Assembly: GCF_000009705.1 (NCBI RefSeq)
Contig: NC_003272.1
Span: 2,010,001-2,042,000 of the forward strand
Direction: 5' to 3'
DNA length: 32,000 nucleotides
Source of the DNA: Nostoc sp. PCC 7120 = FACHB-418
GTDB taxonomy: Bacteria > Cyanobacteriota > Cyanobacteriia > Cyanobacteriales > Nostocaceae
Of this stretch, positions 17,901 through 25,591 are shown one piece after another. The position numbers and the translations under genes are program-made. Each line of letters begins with the position of its first letter. Within the stretch, counting starts at the first letter, position 1. Below the pieces are notes generated by a model. That model saw nothing but the letters and a program-made list of their open reading frames with translations, ran no database searches and was not told the origin of the DNA.

Positions 17901-19337
17901 TTCCCTAGTAAAGTATGCTACTAATCGCTTGTCTGCTGGCTGGTATTCCTGTGCTAGTACAACCGCCGATCGCACTGATGGATGCTGTGCTAATATTGCC
18001 TCAATTTCACCCAATTCTACCCGGAAGCCTCTGATTTTTACTTGAAAATCAATTCGTCCCAAAAACTCTATTGTACCATCGGGTAGCCAGCGAACGCGAT
18101 CGCCTGTTTTATAGAGACGACTGTTGGGTTTATCACTAAAAGGATGGGGAATAAATTTTTCTGCTGTTAAGTCCGGTTTATTTAAATAACCCCGTGCTAA
18201 CCCATCACCTCCAATATAGAGTTCACCGGCAATCCCAATAGGAACTAATTGTAAAACATCATCGAGTATATATACTTGGGTATTCGCAATGGGACGACCA
18301 ATAGGAATTGAATCTTTTATCAGGTCATTAACAGTAATTTTATGGCAACAGGTAAAGGTTGTATTTTCCGTGGGGCCATAACCATTGATTAATTGACAAT
18401 TTGGTAATTCTTCTATGACTTTACTGACATGATACACTGATAAAACATCACCCCCTGCTAAAAGTTGTCGCAAGGATTTTAGATGTTCTATTTGCTCCTC
18501 TACCATTAAATTAAATAATCCGGCTGTTAACCATAAAGTAGTAACATGGTATTGTTTAATCGCCATACCAATTTCTTGCAAAGAAGGTATGTTGATTGGC
18601 ATCAATACCAATTTTCCGCCATTTAATAAAGCAGCCCAAATCTCAAATGTTGCTGCATCAAAGGCTATAGAAGCAAGTTGTAAGATAACCTCATCACAAC
18701 TAAAATTAGCATAGTTCGTATTTTTCACTAGTCGTACAACACCACGATGTTCTACGCAAACACCCTTGGGTTTACCTGTTGAGCCTGATGTGTACATAAC
18801 ATAGGCTAAATTGTGGGCAGTGACTTCACTACACAGAGAAATATCATCAGAAAAATCCGTTAAATTACTTTGGTTATCAATACAGATAGTTTGAATCTCA
18901 TCTGTAATTTTTTCCAGATAATTTAATTGAGATTCTTGAGTAATTAAAATGAACGCTTCGGCATCCTTTATGATAGTTTCCAATCGTTCTAAAGGAGCGG
19001 AAATATCTAATGGCAAATAAGCTCCCCCTGCTTTTAAAATAGCTAATATAGCAATAATTACATCAGGAGAACGTTCTAAATATAAAGCGACTAAAGTTTC
19101 TTTTTTTACTCCAATATGCCGCAAATAATAGGCAAATTGATTTGATTTATTTTCAAGTTCTTGATAGGTAATCTTCTGATTTTTATACTCAACTGCAACG
19201 GAGTTAGGTGTTGTTAATACTTGAATTCTAAATAATTCATGAATTGTAGAATTTCTAGGATAATCTGTTTTTGTATTTGTCCATTCTTCTAATAATTTAA
19301 ATCCTATAATTTGATTTGATGAAGTGGAAATAGTCAT
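14988..19337 (-). CDS. Nonribosomal peptide synthetase, domain order A-T-C-T-TE
   Basis: 1449-aa ORF with an ATG start.
- A-domain cores: LKAGGAYLPLD, YTSGSTGKPKG, FDAATFE, NGYGPTE, GELYIGGDGLARGY, YKTGDRVRW, GRIDFQVKIRGFRVELGEIE, NGKVDRKAL.
- Carrier motifs: GGHS at Ser576 and Ser1139.
- Condensation motif: HHIVADGWS at aa 765-773.
- Thioesterase: GFSFG (Ser1298) and GNH (His1424). Confidence 0.9.
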   Translation of the reverse strand: MTISTSSNQIIGFKLLEEWTNTKTDYPRNSTIHELFRIQVLTTPNSVAVEYKNQKITYQELENKSNQFAYYLRHIGVKKETLVALYLERSPDVIIAILAILKAGGAYLPLDISAPLERLETIIKDAEAFILITQESQLNYLEKITDEIQTICIDNQSNLTDFSDDISLCSEVTAHNLAYVMYTSGSTGKPKGVCVEHRGVVRLVKNTNYANFSCDEVILQLASIAFDAATFEIWAALLNGGKLVLMPINIPSLQEIGMAIKQYHVTTLWLTAGLFNLMVEEQIEHLKSLRQLLAGGDVLSVYHVSKVIEELPNCQLINGYGPTENTTFTCCHKITVNDLIKDSIPIGRPIANTQVYILDDVLQLVPIGIAGELYIGGDGLARGYLNKPDLTAEKFIPHPFSDKPNSRLYKTGDRVRWLPDGTIEFLGRIDFQVKIRGFRVELGEIEAILAQHPSVRSAVVLAQEYQPADKRLVAYFTREENCNTVAPSELRHFLQQKLPNYMIPSAFISLEKLPLNANGKVDRKALPNVDKICIDTDSNFVSPRTPTEARLASIWADVLGTQVGIYQPFLEVGGHSLHSTQIVSRVRDCFGINLPVYAVLEASTIAELSRWIESPDQQQQPKQSVPALQPISHQNNLPLSLYQERLWVSEQKSGFKPIYNLPMAFRLKGILHISSLEQAINTIIQRHESLRTTFPILEGLPVQHIASELIIAIPIQQVENDGKMEIQQLVNAEARQPFDLTQEPPIRARLLRLTEKDHVLMITIHHIVADGWSLGIFNQELSDIYAAYTQQSPCPLAPPLFQYRDFSLWHQQQFQQPEVYTPLVEYWSHQLADAPPLLQLPSDRPRPPLQSFQGRIQSFQIDSELTQQLKNLSQQSGSTLFITLLASFVILLHSYSSQKDMVIGSAVANRNHTEIESVIGCFSNIMPLRISLAGNPSFLNLLQHLRQTTLEAYIHQDFPVEQLLPTLQSTRDLSYSPWYQVIFNLLNVPMSNLELTGLNIESLPIEKNTALFDLSLLMWETTAGLSGIFEYNSDLFNERTIEQLIQDFQVLLQKLLANPNQSIRSLPMLMKDEQYWQQQKNQLTHHISSNINPPGQVTNATDFFPQDDLEQQLITIWEKVLGVSSIGVNDNFFNLGGHSLLALRLFAQIEKTLGKKLPLATLFKVPTIKELAQVIRHTENLESSFTLNSSQFDPEDYRKLMAINAGRQGEKPRPESLIVSFNHQGNKQPFFLCANALDEVLPLAPYLGQEQPIYFMESGLSVFKHRATEENIQALAAYHLNDILTLQPKGDYILGGFSFGCLVAYEIAKQLERLGKKVAILTIVDFPGSDPIFHYYLANIFPIFPKIRLFLQQPHKSLAKKNKNNSSSRKKNLQPRITPGYSGKIHLFLASDLSLSYKLLRFLFPLFGWNKQIVERVYQLPGNHRSLLEEPHVKVLADRFTLLFRDINF

Positions 19338-19456
19338 CTTCTTAACACAGATTAACTTTTAAATTGGGTGCTATTTCAAAATTATTATAGAGCTTATATA
19401 AGTACGTATCTTAATTGACAAGCTCATAATTTTTCTGATTTAAAAAATGTTGTCAA

Positions 19457-19502
19457 GAATTGATCTAAGCTACATTTTTCTCAAATGCGCTCAGATCAAT
19501 TC
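19457..19502. other. 10-bp perfect inverted repeat in the adhesin-NRPS intergenic region
   Basis: GAATTGATCT (19457..19466) pairs with AGATCAATTC (19493..19502) across a 26-nt spacer, about 90 bp downstream of the adhesin stop. It could be a terminator or an operator; this is not resolved. Confidence 0.25.
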
Positions 19503-19591
19503 TGTTAATTAGTGGCAAGCATGATTACAGACTCAAGGAAACAAAAACATTGTCATCAAAATAATTAATCACAATGATGTCTTCTAGGCTA

Positions 19592-22500
19592 TTATGCGTT
19601 TCCTCCAGAGAAAACATGATCTGCAAGCCCCAAACCGTTGTTGTAATGCTCCAGGTTACTATTAATGGTGGTACCAGCATCTATCCCATAGGAAACATTG
19701 GTGTTGGATTTATAGGCATTTGGTAAACTCGATGCGCTGGAAATACCATAACTCCACCAAGTATCATTAAACCCTGGGCTAGTGACACTGCTACCAGTCA
19801 TTTGATGAATGGCTCCATCACCTTTCTTATCACCATTTTCATCTGGAGTTAAAGCTTGCAACCAATTGATACCTTCTTTGATATAGTATCGAGCATCCTT
19901 ATCAGTTGCATTAGCGGTGTCAATGGGGTTCCCCGCGACATAATTTAACCAACTAGCCACTAAAGAGCGACCGAGATCATAACGCTTATCTGCATTGGGA
20001 TGTGCGGAGGAATTAACAATCTGGCGTGCTTGATTGAGAGTATAGAAGAGGGTGTCTTCTCCTGCATCAGTTATACCGTTGCGGTTGAAGTCACCGATGA
20101 GTAACCCCACATGATACTGTCCAGTCACGGGATCAAGTACTTTTCCCGATTGGGCAGAGTTGGTATAAGGAGCGAACAGAAGGTCGCTAGTCAGTGTTTT
20201 TTGTGTTGGCTCGTTGCCTTGATTACCATCCCAGAACTTTTGCCACTCTGTATTTGCCCAGAAGTCCGGGGTACGCACACCAGGAGCAGCTATGACTGTG
20301 TTGGTATCAGTAGCACTATTATTGCTGGGGTTGGTATCAGTGAAACCATTGGGAGCAGTAATCGTAGCAGTATTGACCAGAGAAACGGGAGTTGCTTTGA
20401 GAACATCCAGATAGCGAATCTTGAAATTATCTTCAGGACTGGTATCTGTATCTAAAGCAGCGATGACAATGGTGTTACCAACATAATTACCTGCATTCAC
20501 ATCAGCCCAGCGATCGCTACTACTATTAGTAACGTTAGCTTCGTAGAACCCAAAACTGTTGAGAGTTGAGTCACTTAAATTCGTGAGAGGATTGTTAAAG
20601 TTACCAATCCAGACAGAGATATCACTATCCTTGAGGACATATTGCAGATAAGCTTTATCCAACACCACTGCTTCTGAAAATTGGAATAAGACGTAGTTAT
20701 CCCTTCCCCCAACGTTATCAACCACATGAGTGTTGTTACCGCCATTTCCTTCGCTACTGTCGGTAACACCTAAGCCACCAGTATAGCTACCCAGATAAGC
20801 CGCACTCCAAGCACCATTTGTGCCATCAACACGGCTAAAGGCTCTAGCTGTGACCGTAATTCCGTTTTGGGTGAATGTGCGTGTATTGCCATCTGTCCCA
20901 TCCAACGGACTATTGCCATCAAAGTCAAATCTGGTCGAACTACCTGTGGATGCTGCATTACTAACTACCGTTCCTGTGACTGTGTAGGTAATGCTGCTAC
21001 CCCCTGTCAGGGTGACGTGATCATTGATGTTGCCTGTACCACTGGCTTGGTTGTCTGTTGCACCTCCACTGGCCACGCTTGTCCAAGTGACGTTGGTCAA
21101 GTTGCTGGGGATGATATCACTCACCAGCGCATTGGTAGCAGTAATCAGACCATTGTTTCGCGCCACGATGGTATAGGTTATCTGCTGTCCTGGGGTGACA
21201 TTTGTTAAACCATCTGTTTTAGTGATTGATAAGTCACCAGATGGAGCAACGATAGTGTTGGTATCAGTAGCACTGTTATTGTTGGGGTTGGTATCAGTGA
21301 AACCATTGGGAGCAGTAATCGTAGCAGTATTGACCAAAGAAGCGGGAATGGCTTTGAGAACATCCAGATAGCGAAGCTTGAAATTATCTTCAGGACTGGT
21401 ATCTGTATCTAAAGCAGCGATGACAATGGTGTTACCAACATAATTACCTGCATTCACATCAGCCCAGCGATCGCTACTACTAGTAGTAACGTTAGCTTCG
21501 TAGAACCCAAAACTGTTGAGAGTTGAGTCACTTAAATTCGTGAGAGGATTGTTAAAGTTACCAATCCAGACAGAGATATCACTATCCTTGAGGACATATT
21601 GCAGATAAGCTTTATCCAACACCACTGCTTCTGAAAATTGGAATAAGACGTAGTTATCCCTTCCCCCAACGTTATCAACCACATGAGTGTTGTTACCGCC
21701 ATTTCCTTCGCTACTGTCGGTAACACCTAAGCCACCAGTATAGCTACCCAGATAAGCCGCACTCCAAGCACCATTTGTGCCATCAACACGGCTAAAGGCT
21801 CTAGCTGTGACCGTAATTCCGTTTTGGGTGAATGTGCGTGTATTGCCATCTGTCCCATCCAACGGACTATTGCCATCAAAGTCAAATCTGGTCGAACTAC
21901 CTGTGGATGCTGCATTACTAACTACCGTTCCTGTGACTGTGTAGGTAATGCTGCTACCCCCTGTCAGGGTGACGTGATCATTGATGTTGCCTGTACCACT
22001 GGCTTGGTTGTCTGTTGCACCTCCACTGGCCACGCTTGTCCAAGTGACGTTGGTCAAGTTGCTGGGGATGATATCACTCACCAGCGCATTGGTAGCAGTA
22101 ATCAGACCATTGTTTCGCGCCACGATGGTATAGGTTATCTGCTGTCCTGGGGTGACATTTGTTAAACCATCTGTTTTAGTGATTGATAAGTCACCAGCAT
22201 TTTGGTATATTCCCGCATCCAAAGTGAGATTATTTTCACCAGAGACAAGGGTGACAACCTGAGTTTTGCCAGTGCTGGGATTAGCATCAGAATCTACAAC
22301 ATCATTAGCGCCGACATTAGCTTGAGTAAACTGAAATCCTGCTGGTAGACCAGAGAATCCGACTTGATATTGTTGACCAGGTGTGAGTTCGGCAAAATTG
22401 TAATTGCCACCGGCATTAGTAGTTGTGGTAACGGTAGTATCGCCAATACCATTGATAATGCCATCTGCACCGCCACCAGTGAGGGTAACGCTTACACCTG

Positions 22501-25500
22501 CTACACCAACTTCTCCCGCATCTTGAATGCCGTTGTTGTTAACATCGTTGAATACGAAGTCTCCTAATGAAGCGGTTTTGTAGAACCCAGCATCAACTGT
22601 GGTGTCATTCTCTCCTGGCGATAGGTTAACTACATCGGAGATTAATCCATCACTATCAATGGCATCATTCCCACCTACATTCTGCGGACTAACACCGTTG
22701 AAGCCATTGGGTTGTACAAACTGGACTTTGTAATCTCCTGGTCGCAGGTTGGTAAAGGAATACAATCCATTACCATCTGTTGTGGTGGTGGCTATGACAT
22801 TTCCGGATGTATCCAAGAGCTTGACTGTGGCATCGCCAATACCTGTTTCTCCGGCATCTTGAATTCCATTTGCATTCTTGTCTTCAAAGACAAAATTACC
22901 CAAACTAGCTAGGGGTACTAAACCTGCATCCAGTGTCCCGTTGAATTCTCCTGATGCCAGGGTGAGTGTTTGGGTGATACCTGTGCTGACGTTGGCATCA
23001 CTATCTAATGCATCATTGTTTCCTTGGTTGGCAAGGCTGAAGTTGTAACCTGCTGGGGCGGTGAATTTAACTTGGTATTCTCCAGGGGTTAAGCCACTGA
23101 ATCCATAGCCACCATTTGCATCTGTTGTGGTTGTGGCTATGACATCCCCATTCGCTGGGTTGATGAGTTCGACTGTGACTCCCCCTACACCAATTTCTCC
23201 CGCATCTTGAATGCCATTGTTGTTAACATCGTTGAATACGAAGTCTCCTAATGAAGCGGTTTGATAGAAGCCGGCATCAACAGTGGTGTCATTTTCTCCA
23301 GGAGACAAGTTAACTACATCGGAGATTAATCCATCACTATCAATGGCATCATTCCCACCTACATTCTTGGGACTGATACCATCAAAGCCACTGGGCTGAA
23401 TAAACTGGACTTTGTAGTCTCCTGGTTGCAGGTTGGTAAAGGAATACAATCCATTACCATCTGTTGTGGTGGTGGCTATGACATTTCCGGATGTATCCAA
23501 GAGCTTGACTGTGGCATCGCCAATACCTGTTTCTCCGGCATCTTGAATTCCATTTGCATTCTTGTCTTCAAAGACAAAATTACCCAAACTAGCTAGGGGT
23601 ACTAAACCTGCATCCAGTGTCCCGTTGAATTCTCCTGATGCCAGGGTGAGTGTTTGGGTTAAACCTGTGCTGGGGTTGGCATCACTGTCTAATTCGTCGT
23701 TGCTGCCTTGGTTGGCGGTGGAGAAGATGTAGCCTGTGGGGGCTGTGAATCTGACTTGGTAATTACCTGGGGTTAAACCACTGAATTGATAGCCACCACT
23801 GCTATTTGTTGTGGTTGTGGCGATGACATCCCCATTTGTTGGGTTGATTAATTCGACTGTGACTTGACCAACTCCAACTTCTCCTGCATCTTGAATGCCG
23901 TTGTTGTTGGCATCTTTGAATACGAAGTCTCCTAATGAAGCGGTTTTGTAGAACCCAGCATCAACTGTGGTGTCATTCTCTCCTGGCGATAGGTTAACGA
24001 TATCAGAAACTAACCCATCACTATCAATGGCATCATTCCCACCTACATTCTGCGGACTAACACCGTTGAAGCCATTGGGTTGTACAAATTGGACTTTGTA
24101 ATCTCCTGGTCGCAGGTTGGTGAATGAGTACAGTCCATTATCATCTGTTGTGGCTGTGGCGATGATATTCTCGGCTGCATCTAAGAGGTTAACTGTGGCA
24201 TTGCCAATACCTGTTTCCCCTGCATCTTGAATGCCGTTGGCATTTTTGTCTTCAAAGACGAAATTACCCAAACTAGCTAGGGGTACTAAACCTGCATCCA
24301 GTGTCCCGTTGAATTCTCCTGATGTCAGGGTGAGTGTTTGGGTTAAACCTGTGCTGGGGTTGGCATCACTGTCTAATTCGTCGTTGCTGCCTTGGTTGGC
24401 GGTGGAGAAGATGTAGCCTGTGGGGGCTGTGAATCTGACTTGGTAATTACCTGGGGTTAAACCACTGAATTGATAGCCACCACTGCTATTTGTTGTGGTT
24501 GTGGCGATGACATCCCCATTTGTTGGGTTGATTAATTCGACTGTGACTTGACCAACTCCAACTTCTCCTGCATCTTGAATGCCGTTGTTGTTGGCATCTT
24601 TGAATACGAAGTCTCCTAAACTTGCCTTCCTATATATACCTGCATCAATAGTGCGATTGAACTCATTTGGATTCAGCTCGATGATTTGTGCCTGACCGGT
24701 GAGTGGGTCAGCATCAGAATCGGTTGTATCATTACCTTGATTGGACTGTGTAAAGACAAAACCTGTTGGTAGATTGCTAAAGGTAACTTTGTACTCTACA
24801 CCAGGCAAAAGAAGTGGAAATAGATAAGAACCATTGGCATCTGTGGTTGTGGTGACATTAGTGTCATCTGCTGTACCGATGACACCATCTTTGCCACCAC
24901 CAGTGAGGGTAACAGTAACACCTTCTACACCCGCTTCATTGGCATCCTGAACGCCATTAGCATTGAGGTCTTCCCAGACAAAATCACCCAAAGCAGCTGT
25001 CTTGAGAATATTAATGGTACTTTGTGCAATATTAGTTCCTGTTTGGTTAACAGGAACAACAATAATTCCGATATCTTGAGGTATGCCATCTTGGCTGATA
25101 CCAGGTACAAAGCCTCCACCATTTTGAAAGGCTGCTTCAACAATCTGATTGGCTCGGTTTTGGTTGTATGCGCCTACTGTACCTAATATGTTGGAAGGAA
25201 CTGTGTTCTCAAGCAGAGTCCAGATGGCTACCTGTATATCACCGGAGGTATAGGCACCGAGACCCCCTGAAGATTGTTTGCCTACGAATTTCTGGTTAAT
25301 TAACCAGTTAATCTCATCTAGGTTTTCGGGTTTATCAATTATCCCTGTTGGCAGAGGGTCATTATAGCTAGAATAAACTTGCGCTTGGTAGGATTGCCCT
25401 GGAACAATAGTTTGATTCGCATCAATGCAATAGGTGTCATACAGTCCATTGAGGAAATTACCGTTGGAGATTGTAAGGTCTACGTAGCTTGGTCCATCAC

Positions 25501-25591
25501 CACCAGAACCAGGATAAGCAACTACGATGTTTACGTTGTTGTCCGGTAATGTTAACTTTAAAGCTTGCAGCAGGTCATCAGTTAAAGACAT
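19592..25591 (-). CDS. Giant repetitive adhesin-like protein: TED-like head, 8 SdrD-B/CnaB-like repeats, 2 x (DUF11-like domain + unassigned domain), unassigned C-terminal domain
   Basis: ORF trimmed to the ATG at 25591, with GGAG 8 nt upstream (the ORF-track start at 25636 is TTG); 1999 aa.
- Eight repeats begin LGDFV(W/F)xDxNxNGxQDxxE and end DSDAxPxTGxT...DAG.
- Two copies of LSITKTDGLTNVTPGQQITYTIVARNNG... are DUF11-type.
- The N-terminus MSLTDDLLQALKLTLPDNN has no signal-peptide character.
- No LPXTG, PEP-CTERM or RTX nonapeptides were seen. Confidence 0.8.
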   Translation of the reverse strand: MSLTDDLLQALKLTLPDNNVNIVVAYPGSGGDGPSYVDLTISNGNFLNGLYDTYCIDANQTIVPGQSYQAQVYSSYNDPLPTGIIDKPENLDEINWLINQKFVGKQSSGGLGAYTSGDIQVAIWTLLENTVPSNILGTVGAYNQNRANQIVEAAFQNGGGFVPGISQDGIPQDIGIIVVPVNQTGTNIAQSTINILKTAALGDFVWEDLNANGVQDANEAGVEGVTVTLTGGGKDGVIGTADDTNVTTTTDANGSYLFPLLLPGVEYKVTFSNLPTGFVFTQSNQGNDTTDSDADPLTGQAQIIELNPNEFNRTIDAGIYRKASLGDFVFKDANNNGIQDAGEVGVGQVTVELINPTNGDVIATTTTNSSGGYQFSGLTPGNYQVRFTAPTGYIFSTANQGSNDELDSDANPSTGLTQTLTLTSGEFNGTLDAGLVPLASLGNFVFEDKNANGIQDAGETGIGNATVNLLDAAENIIATATTDDNGLYSFTNLRPGDYKVQFVQPNGFNGVSPQNVGGNDAIDSDGLVSDIVNLSPGENDTTVDAGFYKTASLGDFVFKDANNNGIQDAGEVGVGQVTVELINPTNGDVIATTTTNSSGGYQFSGLTPGNYQVRFTAPTGYIFSTANQGSNDELDSDANPSTGLTQTLTLASGEFNGTLDAGLVPLASLGNFVFEDKNANGIQDAGETGIGDATVKLLDTSGNVIATTTTDGNGLYSFTNLQPGDYKVQFIQPSGFDGISPKNVGGNDAIDSDGLISDVVNLSPGENDTTVDAGFYQTASLGDFVFNDVNNNGIQDAGEIGVGGVTVELINPANGDVIATTTTDANGGYGFSGLTPGEYQVKFTAPAGYNFSLANQGNNDALDSDANVSTGITQTLTLASGEFNGTLDAGLVPLASLGNFVFEDKNANGIQDAGETGIGDATVKLLDTSGNVIATTTTDGNGLYSFTNLRPGDYKVQFVQPNGFNGVSPQNVGGNDAIDSDGLISDVVNLSPGENDTTVDAGFYKTASLGDFVFNDVNNNGIQDAGEVGVAGVSVTLTGGGADGIINGIGDTTVTTTTNAGGNYNFAELTPGQQYQVGFSGLPAGFQFTQANVGANDVVDSDANPSTGKTQVVTLVSGENNLTLDAGIYQNAGDLSITKTDGLTNVTPGQQITYTIVARNNGLITATNALVSDIIPSNLTNVTWTSVASGGATDNQASGTGNINDHVTLTGGSSITYTVTGTVVSNAASTGSSTRFDFDGNSPLDGTDGNTRTFTQNGITVTARAFSRVDGTNGAWSAAYLGSYTGGLGVTDSSEGNGGNNTHVVDNVGGRDNYVLFQFSEAVVLDKAYLQYVLKDSDISVWIGNFNNPLTNLSDSTLNSFGFYEANVTTSSSDRWADVNAGNYVGNTIVIAALDTDTSPEDNFKLRYLDVLKAIPASLVNTATITAPNGFTDTNPNNNSATDTNTIVAPSGDLSITKTDGLTNVTPGQQITYTIVARNNGLITATNALVSDIIPSNLTNVTWTSVASGGATDNQASGTGNINDHVTLTGGSSITYTVTGTVVSNAASTGSSTRFDFDGNSPLDGTDGNTRTFTQNGITVTARAFSRVDGTNGAWSAAYLGSYTGGLGVTDSSEGNGGNNTHVVDNVGGRDNYVLFQFSEAVVLDKAYLQYVLKDSDISVWIGNFNNPLTNLSDSTLNSFGFYEANVTNSSSDRWADVNAGNYVGNTIVIAALDTDTSPEDNFKIRYLDVLKATPVSLVNTATITAPNGFTDTNPSNNSATDTNTVIAAPGVRTPDFWANTEWQKFWDGNQGNEPTQKTLTSDLLFAPYTNSAQSGKVLDPVTGQYHVGLLIGDFNRNGITDAGEDTLFYTLNQARQIVNSSAHPNADKRYDLGRSLVASWLNYVAGNPIDTANATDKDARYYIKEGINWLQALTPDENGDKKGDGAIHQMTGSSVTSPGFNDTWWSYGISSASSLPNAYKSNTNVSYGIDAGTTINSNLEHYNNGLGLADHVFSGGNA
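20298..22197. repeat. Near-perfect tandem duplication, period 957 bp (319 codons), inside the adhesin gene
   Basis: Copy 1 (20298..21240) matches copy 2 (21255..22197). A handful of substitutions are confined to the first ~230 nt, and I found no mismatch from about 20531..21240 against 21488..22197. The off-frame ORFs in the track are duplicated exactly at a 957-nt offset. Confidence 0.95.
22574..24625. repeat. Three tandem copies of a 684-bp (228-codon) two-domain unit (SdrD-B-like repeats 2-7)
   Basis: The marker string ...CATCTTGAAT(T/G)CC(A/G)TT... recurs at 22853, 23537 and 24221 (period 684). Long stretches are identical at the nucleotide level between copies. Confidence 0.9.

Noticed and set aside
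20575-22165. Duplicated ORFs in the six-frame track: the 113-aa + strand pair 20867..21208 / 21824..22165, and the 62/64-aa minus-strand pairs.
   Set aside because: They lie wholly inside the 957-bp tandem repeat of the adhesin gene, in other frames or on the other strand. Their exact duplication is a by-product of the repeat, and their composition is Cys/Thr/Gly-rich noise.
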